Origin: an uncultured Gemmatimonadales bacterium
GTDB lineage: Bacteria; Gemmatimonadota; Gemmatimonadetes; Longimicrobiales; Gaopeijiaceae
Direction of reading: 5' to 3'
NCBI GenBank assembly: GCA_963809895.1
Contig: CAWELD010000003.1
Coordinates: 1,632,001-1,696,000, forward strand
Length of the DNA stretch: 64,000 bases
Shown here: positions 1-10,725 of the stretch, piece after piece
Numbering within the stretch: position 1 is the first letter of the stretch
Layout: each line of letters begins with the position of its first letter
Notes under the pieces: generated by a model
The model's input: the letters and a program-made list of their open reading frames with translations, nothing else
Told to the model about the DNA's origin: nothing
Database searches by the model: none
Translations under genes and position numbers: made by a program

Positions 1-1040
1 GCCTCGGCCAGGGTGCGGCGGTCCTCGTCCTGGCGCGCCCGATTGATGCCCTCCGCGTCCGCGGCCAGCGCGCGGGCCTCGGCGGGATCGTCGGTGAGGA
101 GAAGGCGAAGCGCGTCGGCGGCGTCGCCCATGCGCCCGACGGCGTTGATCCGGGGCGCCAGCGTGAAGCCCACCTGCCCGGAGGCCGGCTCCCGATCCGC
201 CATCCCGCACGACTCCATGAGCGCGCGCAGCCCCGGCTTGTCGGTGCGATGGAGGGCCCGCAGGCCGTACCGCACCAGCACGCGGTTCTCGCCGGTCAGC
301 GGGACCAGGTCGGCCACCGTCGCCAACGCGACGAGATCCAGGTCCTGGAGCATGGACTCCAGGGACAGGCCGCGCCGACCGGCCAGCGCCTGCACGACCT
401 TGAAGGCGACCCCCGTCCCGCACAGCCCCTTCTCCGGATAGGGGCAGTCGCTCCGGGCGGGATTCACCACCGCAACCGCCGGTGGCAGCTCCGCACCTGG
501 AGTGTGGTGGTCGGTGACCACCACGTCGATGCCCGCCGCACGAGCCCGCTCAAGGGCGTCGTGGGCCACGATCCCGCAGTCGGCGGTGAGAAGGACGCTT
601 GCGCCTACGTCGGCGGCGCGCCGCAGACCGGCCTCGCCCAGGTCGTAGCCGTCGCGAAGCCGGTGGGGCACGAACGCTTCCACCCGGCCGCCGAGCCGAC
701 GAATCCAGCGCGTGTAGAGCGCCGCCGCCGACACGCCGTCCACGTCGTAGTCCCCGTGCACGAGGATGGTCTCACCCCGGGCGATGGCGCGCTCCAGGCG
801 CTCCACGGCCGCGGGAAGGTCGGCCATGGACTCCGGCGGGTGAAGATGCTCCAGGAGGGGGCGCAGATGCGCCTTGGCGTCGGAGGGCCGGCCCATGCCG
901 CGAGCCAGGAGGAGCCGCGCCAACGCGTCGGGAAGGCCGAGCGCGGCGGCCAGCTCACGGGCCTCGCCCGGGTCCACCTGCGGCGGCTCGGACCAGCGGG
1001 GTGGCGGCGCCCACCACCCGGAGCCGCGGGGAGCCGTCAC
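1..1040 (-). CDS. recJ: Single-stranded-DNA-specific exonuclease RecJ (3' end runs off the window)
   Basis: Not in the ORF track. Manual minus-strand translation from GTG at 1040 gives ILVHGDYDVDG, RLRDGYDLG, LTADCG, VTDHH, LCGTGVAFK, LATVADLVPL and GFTLAPRINAVGR, which are the DHH-family RecJ motifs. The start overlaps the stop of the upstream gene (GTGA). Confidence 0.95.
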   Translation of the reverse strand, partial: MTAPRGSGWWAPPPRWSEPPQVDPGEARELAAALGLPDALARLLLARGMGRPSDAKAHLRPLLEHLHPPESMADLPAAVERLERAIARGETILVHGDYDVDGVSAAALYTRWIRRLGGRVEAFVPHRLRDGYDLGEAGLRRAADVGASVLLTADCGIVAHDALERARAAGIDVVVTDHHTPGAELPPAVAVVNPARSDCPYPEKGLCGTGVAFKVVQALAGRRGLSLESMLQDLDLVALATVADLVPLTGENRVLVRYGLRALHRTDKPGLRALMESCGMADREPASGQVGFTLAPRINAVGRMGDAADALRLLLTDDPAEARALAADAEGINRARQDEDRRTLAE

Positions 1041-1792
1041 GCCTCCGCCGCGGCCTCGTCTTCGTCGTCCTCGTCGCTGTCCGGGGTCGGCGCCGCGAGT
1101 ATGACGCCGCACGCCTCACATCGAATCATCCCCATGCCGTGCCGGATCTCGTTCTGCACCTGGAGGGGAATCATGCTGAAGCAGTGGCCGCACGCGCCGT
1201 CGGCCGTCAGGCTGGCCACCGCCTGGCGGCGACCCCCACTGCGGATGGCCTCGTACACCTTCAGCTCCGAATCCTCCACCGTGTCGGCGAAAGACTCCCG
1301 CTTCTCCTGGAGTTCAGCGAGCTCGCCGCGCGCCTCCTCCCGTTGACTCATGAGCTCCTTGCGTCGGGGCTCCACCTCGGCCCGGGCCTGCTCCAACGCG
1401 GACTCCTGCTCCTCCAGCCGCAGCTCGAGCTTCCGGATCTGATCCAGGTGCGACAGCGCCTCCTGCTCGTCTCCCTCCAGTGCCTTGCGCACCAGATCGA
1501 GCTCGGCGGTGACCGCCGCTTCTTCGCGAACGTTGCGCACCTGTTGCAGCCGTTCTTCGAGCTTCTTGACCCGGGCGCGCTTCTCCTGGGACGCCAGCTC
1601 CAGACGGCGCTCCTCCAGCCGCATCTCCTGGAGTCGGCCGCGGGTCGTGCCGACCTCGCTTTCCAACGCCTGGGACGGCTCGTCCACCTCTTCCAACTCC
1701 GGCTCGAAGCCCTCGATGCGCTCGCGGGCCTGGCGGATCTCGTGGTCGAGGCGCTGCAGTTCCTTCAGGGAAGCTCGTGTGCGTTCTGTCAT
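1037..1792 (-). CDS. Coiled-coil protein with C-terminal C4 zinc ribbon (CT398/HP0958, DUF164-like)
   Basis: Long heptad-rich region starting LKELQRLDHEI, then CGHC...CEACG and an acidic tail. Start taken at ATG 1792 (MTERT). Confidence 0.85.
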   Translation of the reverse strand: MTERTRASLKELQRLDHEIRQARERIEGFEPELEEVDEPSQALESEVGTTRGRLQEMRLEERRLELASQEKRARVKKLEERLQQVRNVREEAAVTAELDLVRKALEGDEQEALSHLDQIRKLELRLEEQESALEQARAEVEPRRKELMSQREEARGELAELQEKRESFADTVEDSELKVYEAIRSGGRRQAVASLTADGACGHCFSMIPLQVQNEIRHGMGMIRCEACGVILAAPTPDSDEDDEDEAAAEA

Positions 1793-1799
1793 GGATTGC

Positions 1800-3635
1800 T
1801 CAGGGATGGGGGGATCGTGGTTCCATGCGGAGCTTGCGCGCGGTGTGGGCCCACCCGTGGCCCATCTCACGAAGCTCGCGCGCGACCCGGTCCTTCTCAC
1901 CGACCAGGGTTCGCTTGTCGTCGTCGCTCGTCGCCAGCTCGATGCGCCGGTCCAGGTCGTCGGCCTGACGCTCGAGCGCAGCGCGACGCAGGGCGTCCAC
2001 CGACTCCGAGAAGGCGCGTCCGGCGTGGGCGAGCTCCTCCTCGTCGGTGGGGGCCGCCAGCAGCGAAGCCAGGCGGTCCCGCACCTCCGGGGGGAGGTCG
2101 TCGGGGGGGGACACCAGGTCGGGATCGTCCAGAAACGTCTGGAAGATCACCCGGAGGGTGGCGTCGTTGAAGTCCTCGGGGCCCACTTTCATGAGGGCGG
2201 CTTCGAGCCGTTCGTGGCGCCGTTCGCGGTCCCGGGCCAGCACCTGGAGCAGACGCAGCTCGGGACCCAGTCTCGGCCGGGGTGCTTCACCGCGGTGCGC
2301 CGCCCGCTGTCGTGGATCCGGTGGAGGCGCGGTGGGGGCCCTGGGCGCCGAGCGCTGCAGCTCCCCTTCGAGGGTGGCCAACCGGACGCCGGTCTTGTGC
2401 GCCACACGATTCAGGTAGATGTCGCGCAGCGTGGGGTCCGCGGCCGCCCGCAGCGTGGGCAACAGGCGATCCACCGCGTCTCGTGTCCGAGACGGATCGT
2501 CGAAGTAGTCGCGCTCCTCGAGGATCTGGAGCTTTCGTTCCAGGACGTCCACCGCCTGGTCCAGGTATCCTCGAAGCGCGTCCGGTCCTTCTCCCTTCAC
2601 CAGCGTGTCCGGATCCTCTCCCGGGGGAAGTGTGACCACGGAAGGGTGCAACCCCGCAGCAAGCAGGATGTCCCCGGCCTTGAAGGTGGCTCGCAGCCCG
2701 GCGGCGTCGGAATCGAACAGGAGGAGCACCCGGGTCGTGTACCGCCCAAGCAGACGAGCGTGCTCTTCGGTCATGGCCGTTCCCAGGGTGGCCACCACGT
2801 TCTCGAAGCCGCGCGCGGCGAGCGACACCAGGTCCATGTACCCCTCCACCACCATGGCCGATTCCTCGCGGCGGATCGCGTGGCGGGCGCGGTGCAGGCC
2901 GTACAGGAGACGGCCCTTGTGGTAGACCGGGGTCTCGGGGGAATTGAGGTACTTGGGCTGCCCGTCGCCACCCCGGACCAGGACCCGGCCGCCGAAGGCC
3001 ACCACCCGACCGCCCAGGGCCTCGATGGGAAAGATGAGGCGCCCGCGGAAGCGATCGTACGGCTCGCTCGCCCGCTCGCTGGTGGTCAGGAGCCCCACCT
3101 CCAGAAGGACGTCGTCGTCGATTCCCAGGCGGGCCGCCGCGTCGCGGAGCCCGCGCCAGTCGTCGGGCGCCCAACCGAGTTGGAAGCGCTCCGAGGTCTC
3201 GTCGTCGATCCCCCGACGCGCCAGGTACTCGCGAGCCGGCCGGCCCACCTCCTCGTCGAGGAGCTGTTCCCGGAACCAGCCCGCGGCGAAGGCGTTGGCC
3301 TCGTGCAGGGGGCGATGGGGATCGTCCTCCTCGCGGTCTCGGCGCACCTCGCGAATCTCCACGCCGGCCCGCTGGGCCACGTGACGCACGGCCTCGACGA
3401 AATCCAGCCCCAGCCGTTTCATGACGAAAGAGAAGACGTCTCCCGACTCCCCACAGCCGAAGCACTTGTAGAACCCCTTGTCGGGGACCACGTAGAACGA
3501 CGGCGTGCGCTCCTCGTGGAAGGGGCAGTTGGCCTTGTACTCGCGTCCCGATTTCTTCAGGGGCACGAGCTCGCCGACGATGTCGACGATGTCGGCCCGG
3601 GCGCGGATCTCTTCGACCTGATCGTCGGGAATCAC
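1800..3635 (-). CDS. dnaG: DNA primase
   Basis: CPFHEERTPSF...CFGC zinc finger, DRFRGRLIFPI, KYLNSPET, VEGYMD and the FDSDAAG Toprim motif. Confidence 0.98.
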   Translation of the reverse strand: MIPDDQVEEIRARADIVDIVGELVPLKKSGREYKANCPFHEERTPSFYVVPDKGFYKCFGCGESGDVFSFVMKRLGLDFVEAVRHVAQRAGVEIREVRRDREEDDPHRPLHEANAFAAGWFREQLLDEEVGRPAREYLARRGIDDETSERFQLGWAPDDWRGLRDAAARLGIDDDVLLEVGLLTTSERASEPYDRFRGRLIFPIEALGGRVVAFGGRVLVRGGDGQPKYLNSPETPVYHKGRLLYGLHRARHAIRREESAMVVEGYMDLVSLAARGFENVVATLGTAMTEEHARLLGRYTTRVLLLFDSDAAGLRATFKAGDILLAAGLHPSVVTLPPGEDPDTLVKGEGPDALRGYLDQAVDVLERKLQILEERDYFDDPSRTRDAVDRLLPTLRAAADPTLRDIYLNRVAHKTGVRLATLEGELQRSAPRAPTAPPPDPRQRAAHRGEAPRPRLGPELRLLQVLARDRERRHERLEAALMKVGPEDFNDATLRVIFQTFLDDPDLVSPPDDLPPEVRDRLASLLAAPTDEEELAHAGRAFSESVDALRRAALERQADDLDRRIELATSDDDKRTLVGEKDRVARELREMGHGWAHTARKLRMEPRSPHP

Positions 3636-3645
3636 GCCGTCCCCC

Positions 3646-6018
3646 TCACCCCAGCCGGGCCACGGTCACGCCCGCGCCACCCTCTCCGTGCACGCCCAGG
3701 CGGAACTCCTTCACACGCCGGTCGCCGCCCAGCAGCTCCTGAACCCGCGCACGAACGGCGCCGGTGCCCTTGCCGTGGATGATGCGTACCTCGGCGAGGC
3801 TGCCCATGACCGCGGCGTCCAGGGCGCGCCCGAGCTCGAGCTCCACCTCGTCGACCCTGAGACCGCGCAGATCGATCTCCTGGCGGGCGTCGGGCACGTC
3901 GCCGGACCAGCCGCGCTCCCGGGGGGCGGCTTCGGGGCCGGCCTCCGCGGCGGTCGGGGTGCCCACCGTCTCCAGTTCGTGAGCCGGCACCTCCATGCGC
4001 AGTCCCCCGACCTCCACCGTGGCGCGGCCGTCGCGCAGCTCCCGCACGGTCCCCTTGGCGCTGCCGCTTCCAGGGAGCCGCACCCGGACGCCCACGGCCA
4101 GGTCGCTGGGCGGTGCCTCCGCGGGTCGGTCGGGCGCGCGACGGTCCTGCTCGCGGGCGGCCACTTCGACCCGGCGCCGCGCCCGGTGCGCGGCCTCCTC
4201 CAGATCCGATTCCCGGGCCTGGGCGCTCCGGACCTCGCGGATGGCTTCCTCTACCTCCTCGCGCGCTTCCATGAGGAGTTGGCGGGCGTCTTCGCGGGCC
4301 CGCCGCTCGAAGGTGCGCTCCCGCTCGTCCAGCTCCGAGCGCAACGTCTCGGCGTCCGTCCGCAGCCGGGTGGCCTTCGCCGATTCGCTCTCGAGCTCGT
4401 GCTGGAGCCGCTCCACCTCCCGCTCCCGACGCTCCAGTCGCTCCAGCAGATCCTCCAGCGACGCCGCCCCCTCGTCCACCAGCGCCTGGGCCCTGTCCAG
4501 CAGATCGGCGGGAAAGCCGAGGCGCCGGGCGATGGCGAGACCGTAGCTGCGGCCGGGACGACCCTTCACCAGGTGGTAGGTGGGCTCCATGCGCTCCGGA
4601 TCGAACTGCAACGAGGCGTTGACGATCCCGCTGCCCTCCTCGTCCAGCGTCTTGAGCGTGCCCAGGTGTGAAGTGACGATGCTCAGGGCACCGCGACCGG
4701 TGAGCTCTTCCAGGATGGCCCGTGCCAGCGCCGCCCCCTCGGTGGGATCGGTGCCGGTCCCCATCTCGTCCATGAGGACCAGCGAGCCCGGGTCGGCGGC
4801 CTCCAGGATCTCTCTCAGGTTCTCCAGGTGCGCGCTGAAGGTGGACAGGCTCTCGCTGATGGACTGCTCGTCGCCGATGTCGGCGAAGACGTCGGAGAAC
4901 ACCGGGAGCGCCGTGCCCCGTCGCACCGGCGGCACGACCCCGCTCTGGGTGAGGGCCGCCAGAAGACCCACGGCCTTGAGGAAGACGCTCTTCCCGCCCG
5001 TGTTGGGACCCGAGACGACCAGCGTTCGCTCGCCAGGCGCCAACTCCAGGTCGTAGGGCACGACCTCGTCCTCGCGGGACAGGAGGAGGGGGTGCCGCGC
5101 ACCCATCAGGCGGAGCCCCTGGGCGCCCCCGTCCAGGATCTCGGGGAGCGCAGCGTCCCAGGCCAGAGCGGCGCGGGCGCGGGCGTGCAGCGAGTCCAGG
5201 TCGACGAGGGCGTCCAGCGCGCCCAGAAGCGCGTCTCGCAACGGTCGCACGCGGGCCGACACCTCGCGCAGGATCCTCCGGATCTCGCGCGTCTCGGCCC
5301 GCTCGAGGTCGCGAAGCTCGTTCATGAGCTCCACGGCCACGGGAGGCTCGACGAAGATGGTGGCGCCGGTGCCCGATTCGTCGTGGATGATCCCCCCGAC
5401 CTCGCCCTTGCCCTCGCGGCGGAGCGGGATGACGTAGCGCCCTTCACGGACGGTCACCGAGGCGTCCGGGACCACGAAGCGCTGGGGCAGGGTCTTGAGA
5501 TACGCCTCGAGACGGCGCACCACCCGGCTGTGGGCCGTGCGCAGGGACGTTCGGATCCGGCGCAGCTCCCGCGATGCGCCGTCGAGCACTTCGCCCTCGG
5601 CATCCACCGTCCGCTGGATCTCCTCCTCCAGTTCGCGCTGCTCGACCAGGAGATCCCGGGTGGGCTGCAGCGGCGGGGGGATCCGGGCCCGGCCGTCCAT
5701 CTCCCGTGCCGCCTCACGCGACGAGGTCAGGAGCACCCCCACGGCGTGGAGCTCCGGCGGCTCGAGAACCGAGCCCTCGGCCTGGAGACGCCGGAGCGAC
5801 GTACGCGCATCGGGGATGGGTGGAGGGCCCCAGGCCGGCTTCTCGTCGACGAACTCCACCAGCGCCTGGACCCGACCGAGCTCCCGCCGGATGCCGTCCG
5901 GGTCGGAGGAGGGACGCAGCGCCTCCACGGCGGCGCGCCCCAGGGGGCTGGTGGCTCGTTCCGCCACCTGCGCCAGCGCACGCGGGAACTCCAGCACACG
6001 GAGCGCGTGTTCGTTCAT
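3646..6018 (-). CDS. mutS2: Endonuclease MutS2 (ATPase, coiled coil, KOW, Smr)
   Basis: LRVLEF N-terminus, SGATIFVEP-like motif, GPNTGGKS Walker A, LSTFSAH, MDEMGTGTDP, and C-terminal IDLRG...IIHGKGTG Smr domain. Start taken at ATG 6018. Confidence 0.96.
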   Translation of the reverse strand: MNEHALRVLEFPRALAQVAERATSPLGRAAVEALRPSSDPDGIRRELGRVQALVEFVDEKPAWGPPPIPDARTSLRRLQAEGSVLEPPELHAVGVLLTSSREAAREMDGRARIPPPLQPTRDLLVEQRELEEEIQRTVDAEGEVLDGASRELRRIRTSLRTAHSRVVRRLEAYLKTLPQRFVVPDASVTVREGRYVIPLRREGKGEVGGIIHDESGTGATIFVEPPVAVELMNELRDLERAETREIRRILREVSARVRPLRDALLGALDALVDLDSLHARARAALAWDAALPEILDGGAQGLRLMGARHPLLLSREDEVVPYDLELAPGERTLVVSGPNTGGKSVFLKAVGLLAALTQSGVVPPVRRGTALPVFSDVFADIGDEQSISESLSTFSAHLENLREILEAADPGSLVLMDEMGTGTDPTEGAALARAILEELTGRGALSIVTSHLGTLKTLDEEGSGIVNASLQFDPERMEPTYHLVKGRPGRSYGLAIARRLGFPADLLDRAQALVDEGAASLEDLLERLERREREVERLQHELESESAKATRLRTDAETLRSELDERERTFERRAREDARQLLMEAREEVEEAIREVRSAQARESDLEEAAHRARRRVEVAAREQDRRAPDRPAEAPPSDLAVGVRVRLPGSGSAKGTVRELRDGRATVEVGGLRMEVPAHELETVGTPTAAEAGPEAAPRERGWSGDVPDARQEIDLRGLRVDEVELELGRALDAAVMGSLAEVRIIHGKGTGAVRARVQELLGGDRRVKEFRLGVHGEGGAGVTVARLG

Positions 6019-6106
6019 CGCCCCCCCGACGCGAGACGGGCGCCGGCCTCGAGGCCCGCGCCCGTCCCTGGATTCCATCGCCCGGCCGACTCTCCGCCGT
6101 GGTGTC

Positions 6107-6547
6107 TCACGGCGTCAGCTCCTCCCGCACGATCCGGTTCGCCTCCTTGCCGTCGAAGCGACCCCGTAACCTGGGCATGAGCTGGCCCATGACGGGACCC
6201 ATGTCGGTGTGGCCCGCCGCGACGATCTCCCGGACCATGGCCCGCACCTCCGCCTCGTCGAGTTGCTCGGGGAGGTACGCGGTGAGCATCTCCGCCTCGC
6301 GCTCCTCCTTGTCCGCGAGGTCGTCCCGGGCCCCGGCGCGCATCTGCTCCGCGGCATCGCGCCGCTGCTTGATCGCTCGCGACACCACCTTCAGGACCTC
6401 TTCGTCCGGCGCATCCCCACCCAGTTCGATCTCGCGATTGCGCACCTCGGCGAGGGTGGTGGAGAGGACCAGGGTGCGCGCCTTGTCTCGGGCTTTGCGC
6501 GCCTGGTTCAGATCGGCCTGGAGACGGGCCTTGAGGCGACTGCTCAC
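6107..6547 (-). CDS. yqeY: GatB/YqeY domain protein
   Basis: LKARLQADLNQARKARDK...KQRRDA...YLPEQL...MGPVMG...FDGK family pattern. Confidence 0.92.
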   Translation of the reverse strand: MSSRLKARLQADLNQARKARDKARTLVLSTTLAEVRNREIELGGDAPDEEVLKVVSRAIKQRRDAAEQMRAGARDDLADKEEREAEMLTAYLPEQLDEAEVRAMVREIVAAGHTDMGPVMGQLMPRLRGRFDGKEANRIVREELTP

Positions 6548-6580
6548 TGGTGCTCGTGGTGTTCGAGGAACCGGGCAGGA

Positions 6581-6609
6581 AAGCTACCCGCGGCCGGGAA
6601 CAGGGTCAA
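6581..6609 (-). promoter_or_regulatory. Candidate sigma70 promoter for the yqeY-mutS2-dnaG run
   Basis: Minus strand reads TTGACC-17 nt-TAGCTT in the HIT/yqeY intergenic gap. Confidence 0.6.
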
Positions 6610-6632
6610 CGCGCGAGCGACCGGCGGGGCCG

Positions 6633-6983
6633 TCAACCCGGGGGCCAGCCCAGGGAGCGTCCGCCCAGCACGTGGACGTGGAGGTGATCCACCGACTGGC
6701 CTCCGTCGGGCCCCACGTTGGCCACCACGCGCCAGCCCCCCTCCAGTCCCTCCGCACGCGCCACGTCCCGGGCCACGAGAAGCAACCGGCCCAGGAGGTC
6801 CCGGTCGCCATCGCCCACGTGATCCAGCGAGGCGATGTGCCTTCGGGGGATGACCAGCACGTGGGTGGGGGCCTTGGGATCGATGTCCCGGAACGCCAGG
6901 ACGTCGTCGCCCTCGTGCACCAGCGTCGCCGGGATCTCGCCGGCGACGATGCGGCAGAAAAGACATTCGGGGTCGCGCGCCAT
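6633..6983 (-). CDS. hinT: Histidine triad (HIT) nucleotide-binding protein, HinT type
   Basis: CLFCRIV, AFRDIDPKAPTHVLVIP, GQSVDHLHVHVLGGR...WPPG. Confidence 0.95.
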   Translation of the reverse strand: MARDPECLFCRIVAGEIPATLVHEGDDVLAFRDIDPKAPTHVLVIPRRHIASLDHVGDGDRDLLGRLLLVARDVARAEGLEGGWRVVANVGPDGGQSVDHLHVHVLGGRSLGWPPG

Positions 6984-7159
6984 GGGCAGCTCCTCGTGCG
7001 GGCGGGTCAGGACCTCCGAGTGTGGGCGCGGGGAGGGTTTCTCGCAACGTCCTCGGCCAGGTGTCCCGTTCAGCCATGGGATCGCACGGACCGGCGTGCC
7101 ACCATGGGCATCCAGCGGCGCGGCGTTCGCTGGAAGTCTTCCCCCTCCCTGGAGACGTC

Positions 7160-7570
7160 ATGGAACGACTCACCGACCGGATCGTCCGGCTGACCGGAAC
7201 GCGCATCGATCCCCTCGTCCCCCTCGCGGAGCTGCGCACGCTGCTGCGGGACGACGGGTGTCCCGTGAGCGGAGCCACACTCCTGGGAGTGCTCCGCGCC
7301 GACAACGAGCACTTCCGTGTGCTGCGGCCCTGGAAGGGGATCCTGGAGCCGCTGCGTCCGTCCCACATGGCTCCGGACGGTGGGCGCGCTCGGGTCGGCG
7401 AGGCGGACACCTGTGTTCTGCTTCTCTCGCCGGAGGCCGCCGACGAAGCCACCCCCACGGGCGCCGCCCTCCGGGCCCTCACGCGCCTGGGAAGATCGCT
7501 GGACGACCGTTCCGTCCTGGATCGCAGTCGGTGGCTCAGGCTGTGGAGCGCGTTCGCCCGGGCCGCGTGA
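7160..7570 (+). CDS. Hypothetical protein (about 136 aa)
   Basis: GGAG sits just before ATG 7160. The composition is protein-like, and the ORF fills a gap otherwise empty of genes between HIT and prmA. Confidence 0.6.
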   Translation: MERLTDRIVRLTGTRIDPLVPLAELRTLLRDDGCPVSGATLLGVLRADNEHFRVLRPWKGILEPLRPSHMAPDGGRARVGEADTCVLLLSPEAADEATPTGAALRALTRLGRSLDDRSVLDRSRWLRLWSAFARAA

Positions 7571-7607
7571 GACCCGCGGGCGACAGGCGAAACGGAGTGA
7601 GCACGCC

Positions 7608-8477
7608 CTACCGCCGTCGGAAGAGCACCGTGCGCCAGTCCCCGTCGGCGTCCAGCGCCTCCACCCCGAACCCCCGCGCGATGACCTCGCGTTCGAGGGC
7701 CCCGACCTCGTCGTCCTGCATGCCGCTGAGGAGCAGCCAACCGCCCTCGCCCACCGCGGCGGCGAGACCGGGTACGAGGGGCGAGAGGTGCCCCGTTTCG
7801 ATATTGGACATGACGCCGTCGAAACGGCCCAGTGTCTCCAGATCGTCGGAGGCGACGCGGGCCTCGGACACACGCACGCGAGCCTCGACCCCGTTGCGGC
7901 GCACGTTCTCCAGCGCCGTGGGAATGGCCCAGGGGTCCGCCTCCAGCGCTTGCACCGACCGGGCGCCCAGAAGAGCGGCCACGATCGACAGGATCCCCGA
8001 GCCCGCCCCCACGTCCAGGATCCGCTGCCCCGCTGCCACCACACCGTCCAGGAGGCGAATGCAGCCACGGGTCGTCCCGTGCTCGGCGTTGCCGAAGGCC
8101 ACGCCCGGATCCAGCGAGATGACGAGCTCCCCGGGGCTCGGGTCCACCGGGTCCCAGGTGGGTGCAACCACGATGCGGTCGGTGACGCGGCGCGGCGCCA
8201 GACCCCGCTTCCACAATTCGGCCCAATCCTCGTGATCCTGCCAGCGGATGCGGACCTCCACGTCGTCGACGCCGGTGACCGCGACCAGGGAGTCCCGGAG
8301 CCCGCCGGCCGAAACCGGCCCCGTGCTGTCGCCGTCCAGATAGGTCACCAGCCAGCCGTCGCGCTCCTGGACCGCGCGCCCCCCCATGGCCAGAAGCCCC
8401 TCGGCCAGCCTCCCGTCACCGGGATCGGTCGAAGGGCTCCGGGCTTCGAGCTCCAGCCAGCGACTCGGCGTGGTCAT
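7608..8477 (-). CDS. prmA: 50S ribosomal protein L11 methyltransferase
   Basis: [41 protein letters not shown] overlap with the dnaJ stop. Confidence 0.93.
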   Translation of the reverse strand: MTTPSRWLELEARSPSTDPGDGRLAEGLLAMGGRAVQERDGWLVTYLDGDSTGPVSAGGLRDSLVAVTGVDDVEVRIRWQDHEDWAELWKRGLAPRRVTDRIVVAPTWDPVDPSPGELVISLDPGVAFGNAEHGTTRGCIRLLDGVVAAGQRILDVGAGSGILSIVAALLGARSVQALEADPWAIPTALENVRRNGVEARVRVSEARVASDDLETLGRFDGVMSNIETGHLSPLVPGLAAAVGEGGWLLLSGMQDDEVGALEREVIARGFGVEALDADGDWRTVLFRRR

Positions 8478-9628
8478 CCCGCGGTGAAGGCCTCCTTCAC
8501 CCTGGACCAGAACCCCTTGTGCTCGGACCGGTCCACACGCTCGGGCGCCGGGTCTTCGAGCTCGCGCAGTTGGCGGAAGAGCTCTTCCTGTTCTGCGGTC
8601 AGCTTCGGTGGGGTGTAGACGACCACCCGCACCAGCAGGTCGCCTTGCCCCCTGCCGTGCAGCTCCGGCAGGCCCTGGCCGCGCAGGCGCAGGACCACGC
8701 CCGATTGCACACCCGCGGGCACGGTCAGCTTGACCGTGCCTTCGATCCTGGGAATCTCCACTTCGTCGCCCAGGGCCGCCTGTGCGAAGGTGATGGGCAG
8801 CTCGTGCAGCAGGTTGGCGCCATCGCGCACGAAGCGAGCGTCCTCTTCGACCTCGAGCAGCACGACCACGTCGCCCCGGGGACCACCCCGGGGGCCCGCG
8901 TTCCCCTGGCCTCTGAGCGTAATGTAGTTCTCGGAGGTCACGCCGGCGGGTACCTCGACCTCGATGTCGCGCTGGTTGCGGACCCGTCCCTCGCCGTGGC
9001 AACGGGTGCAGGGCTGCTCGATGATACGCCCTTCCCCACCGCAGCGCCGGCACGGCTGCACGGCCACCATCTGGCCCATGAGCCCGGTGTGGACGACCCG
9101 CTCCTCGCCGCTTCCACCGCACTGCGGACACGGGTTGGGCGTCGAGCCCGGCTCCGCCCCACTTCCGTCACAGCGATCACACGGATCGAGCCCGTTGATG
9201 CGCACCGTGCGGGTGACGCCGTGCGAAACCTCCTCGAGCGTCAGCGGAAGCTTGAGCTTGACCGTCTGACCCTTGCGGGGTCCGGTGCGGCGCCCTCGAC
9301 CTCGCTGACCGAAGAGATCGCCCAGGCCTCCGAAGCCACCGAAGTCCCGCATGAAGACCTCCAGGGCATCGGCGAAGTCGAACCCCTGGAATCCGCCCTG
9401 GCCCTGTCCGCGCACGCCCTGTTCGCCGTAGCGATCGTACATCTGACGCTTGTCGGCGTCCCGCAGGACCTCGTAGGCCTGCGTGATCTCCTTGAAGCGC
9501 TCCTCGGACTCCTTGGAGCCGTCGTTCCGGTCCGGATGGTACTTGAGCGCCAGCTTGCGGTACGCCTTCTTGATCTCCTCGGCGTCGGCATCACGGCCGA
9601 CGCCGAGGAGCTGGTAGTAATCTGCCAT
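8474..9628 (-). CDS. dnaJ: Chaperone DnaJ
   Basis: J domain with HPD, G/F region and four CxxCxGxG repeats. Confidence 0.98.
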   Translation of the reverse strand: MADYYQLLGVGRDADAEEIKKAYRKLALKYHPDRNDGSKESEERFKEITQAYEVLRDADKRQMYDRYGEQGVRGQGQGGFQGFDFADALEVFMRDFGGFGGLGDLFGQRGRGRRTGPRKGQTVKLKLPLTLEEVSHGVTRTVRINGLDPCDRCDGSGAEPGSTPNPCPQCGGSGEERVVHTGLMGQMVAVQPCRRCGGEGRIIEQPCTRCHGEGRVRNQRDIEVEVPAGVTSENYITLRGQGNAGPRGGPRGDVVVLLEVEEDARFVRDGANLLHELPITFAQAALGDEVEIPRIEGTVKLTVPAGVQSGVVLRLRGQGLPELHGRGQGDLLVRVVVYTPPKLTAEQEELFRQLRELEDPAPERVDRSEHKGFWSRVKEAFTAG

Positions 9629-9636
9629 GAGCTGAT

Positions 9637-10725
9637 CTAGGGGGTCAGAAGGTCAGTGACCAGACGGGAGGTGTGGTCCACGATGGCGATGACCTTCTCG
9701 TAGGGCATGCGCGTGGGACCGATGACGCCGATGACGCCCTTGAGCCCGCCGGCCCGGTATTCGGCGGTCACCAGCGTGAACTCGGTGAGCTCCTGGGGAT
9801 CGTGCTCTCCGCCGATGGTGATCTGCAGACCCCCGGCGTGTTCTCGGGTGTCGAGCACGCGGCGCAGCAGGTCACGCCGCTCGGTGAGCTCGATGAGTCC
9901 CTTGAGGCGCTCGCCGGTCGTGAACTCGGGCTGCGAAGCCAGGACGCTGGTCTGGCCGATGTGGATGTCGGAGCCCTCCAGGCCCGACCAGTCGAAGAGC
10001 TCGGCACCCGATTGCATGAAGAAGTTCAGGAGCTCGGTGGTGCCCTCGTCGCTGGCGGAATCGCGCAGGCGCTCCGGAAGGGTGTGACGGATCTCCTGGA
10101 GGGACAGGCCGGCGAGACGCTCGTTGAGGATCATGGTGAGCGTCACCAGCGTGTCCTGCGGCACCTCGCCGGGAAGATCCATGTACACCGTGCGCACCAG
10201 ACCCGAGTGGATCGTGGCGACCAGGAGGACCTTGTCTCCCGAGATCTGCAGCAGCTCCAGCTTCTCCAGGAGCGCGTCTTCGAGGCGCGGAGCCACGGCC
10301 AGTCCCAGCTCGAAGGACAGCACGCTCAGGGCGCGGGTGGCCCGTCGCACCAGCTGCTCCACCGCCGAGGCCGTCACGTTGGTCTCGAGCTCGCGGCGAA
10401 GCTGATCCTGCTCGTGACCCGAGAGGGCCCGGGGCTGGATCACCTGGTCCACGAAGAAGCGATACGCCTGGTCCGTGGGAATCCGCCCGGCCGACGTGTG
10501 GGGATGGAAGAGATATCCCTTCTCTTCCAGGTCGCTCATGGTGTTGCGAACGGTGGCCGGCGACACCCCGAGCTCGAACTTGCGGGACACCGTTCGCGAG
10601 CCCGCCGGCTCGGCCGTGTCCACGTAGGTGCGCACCACGGCCTCCAGCACCTGACGCTCACGATCCGTGAGCTCGGCGCCGATTCCGCCTCGAGGCTGAG
10701 CGTCCTTGTCGCGCATGGTGATCAC
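9637..10725 (-). CDS. hrcA: Heat-inducible transcription repressor HrcA
   Basis: [30 protein letters not shown] and [10 protein letters not shown] motifs. Confidence 0.97.
   Translation of the reverse strand: MITMRDKDAQPRGGIGAELTDRERQVLEAVVRTYVDTAEPAGSRTVSRKFELGVSPATVRNTMSDLEEKGYLFHPHTSAGRIPTDQAYRFFVDQVIQPRALSGHEQDQLRRELETNVTASAVEQLVRRATRALSVLSFELGLAVAPRLEDALLEKLELLQISGDKVLLVATIHSGLVRTVYMDLPGEVPQDTLVTLTMILNERLAGLSLQEIRHTLPERLRDSASDEGTTELLNFFMQSGAELFDWSGLEGSDIHIGQTSVLASQPEFTTGERLKGLIELTERRDLLRRVLDTREHAGGLQITIGGEHDPQELTEFTLVTAEYRAGGLKGVIGVIGPTRMPYEKVIAIVDHTSRLVTDLLTP

Noticed and set aside
1485..3782. Many long antisense or alternate-frame ORFs (e.g. 1485-3782 +, 16903-18981 +, 30465-32840 +, 51692-53656 +)
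   Set aside because: These are shadows of real opposite-strand genes. Stops are rare in high-GC DNA, and the translations lack recognisable motifs or are Arg/Pro/Gly-rich.
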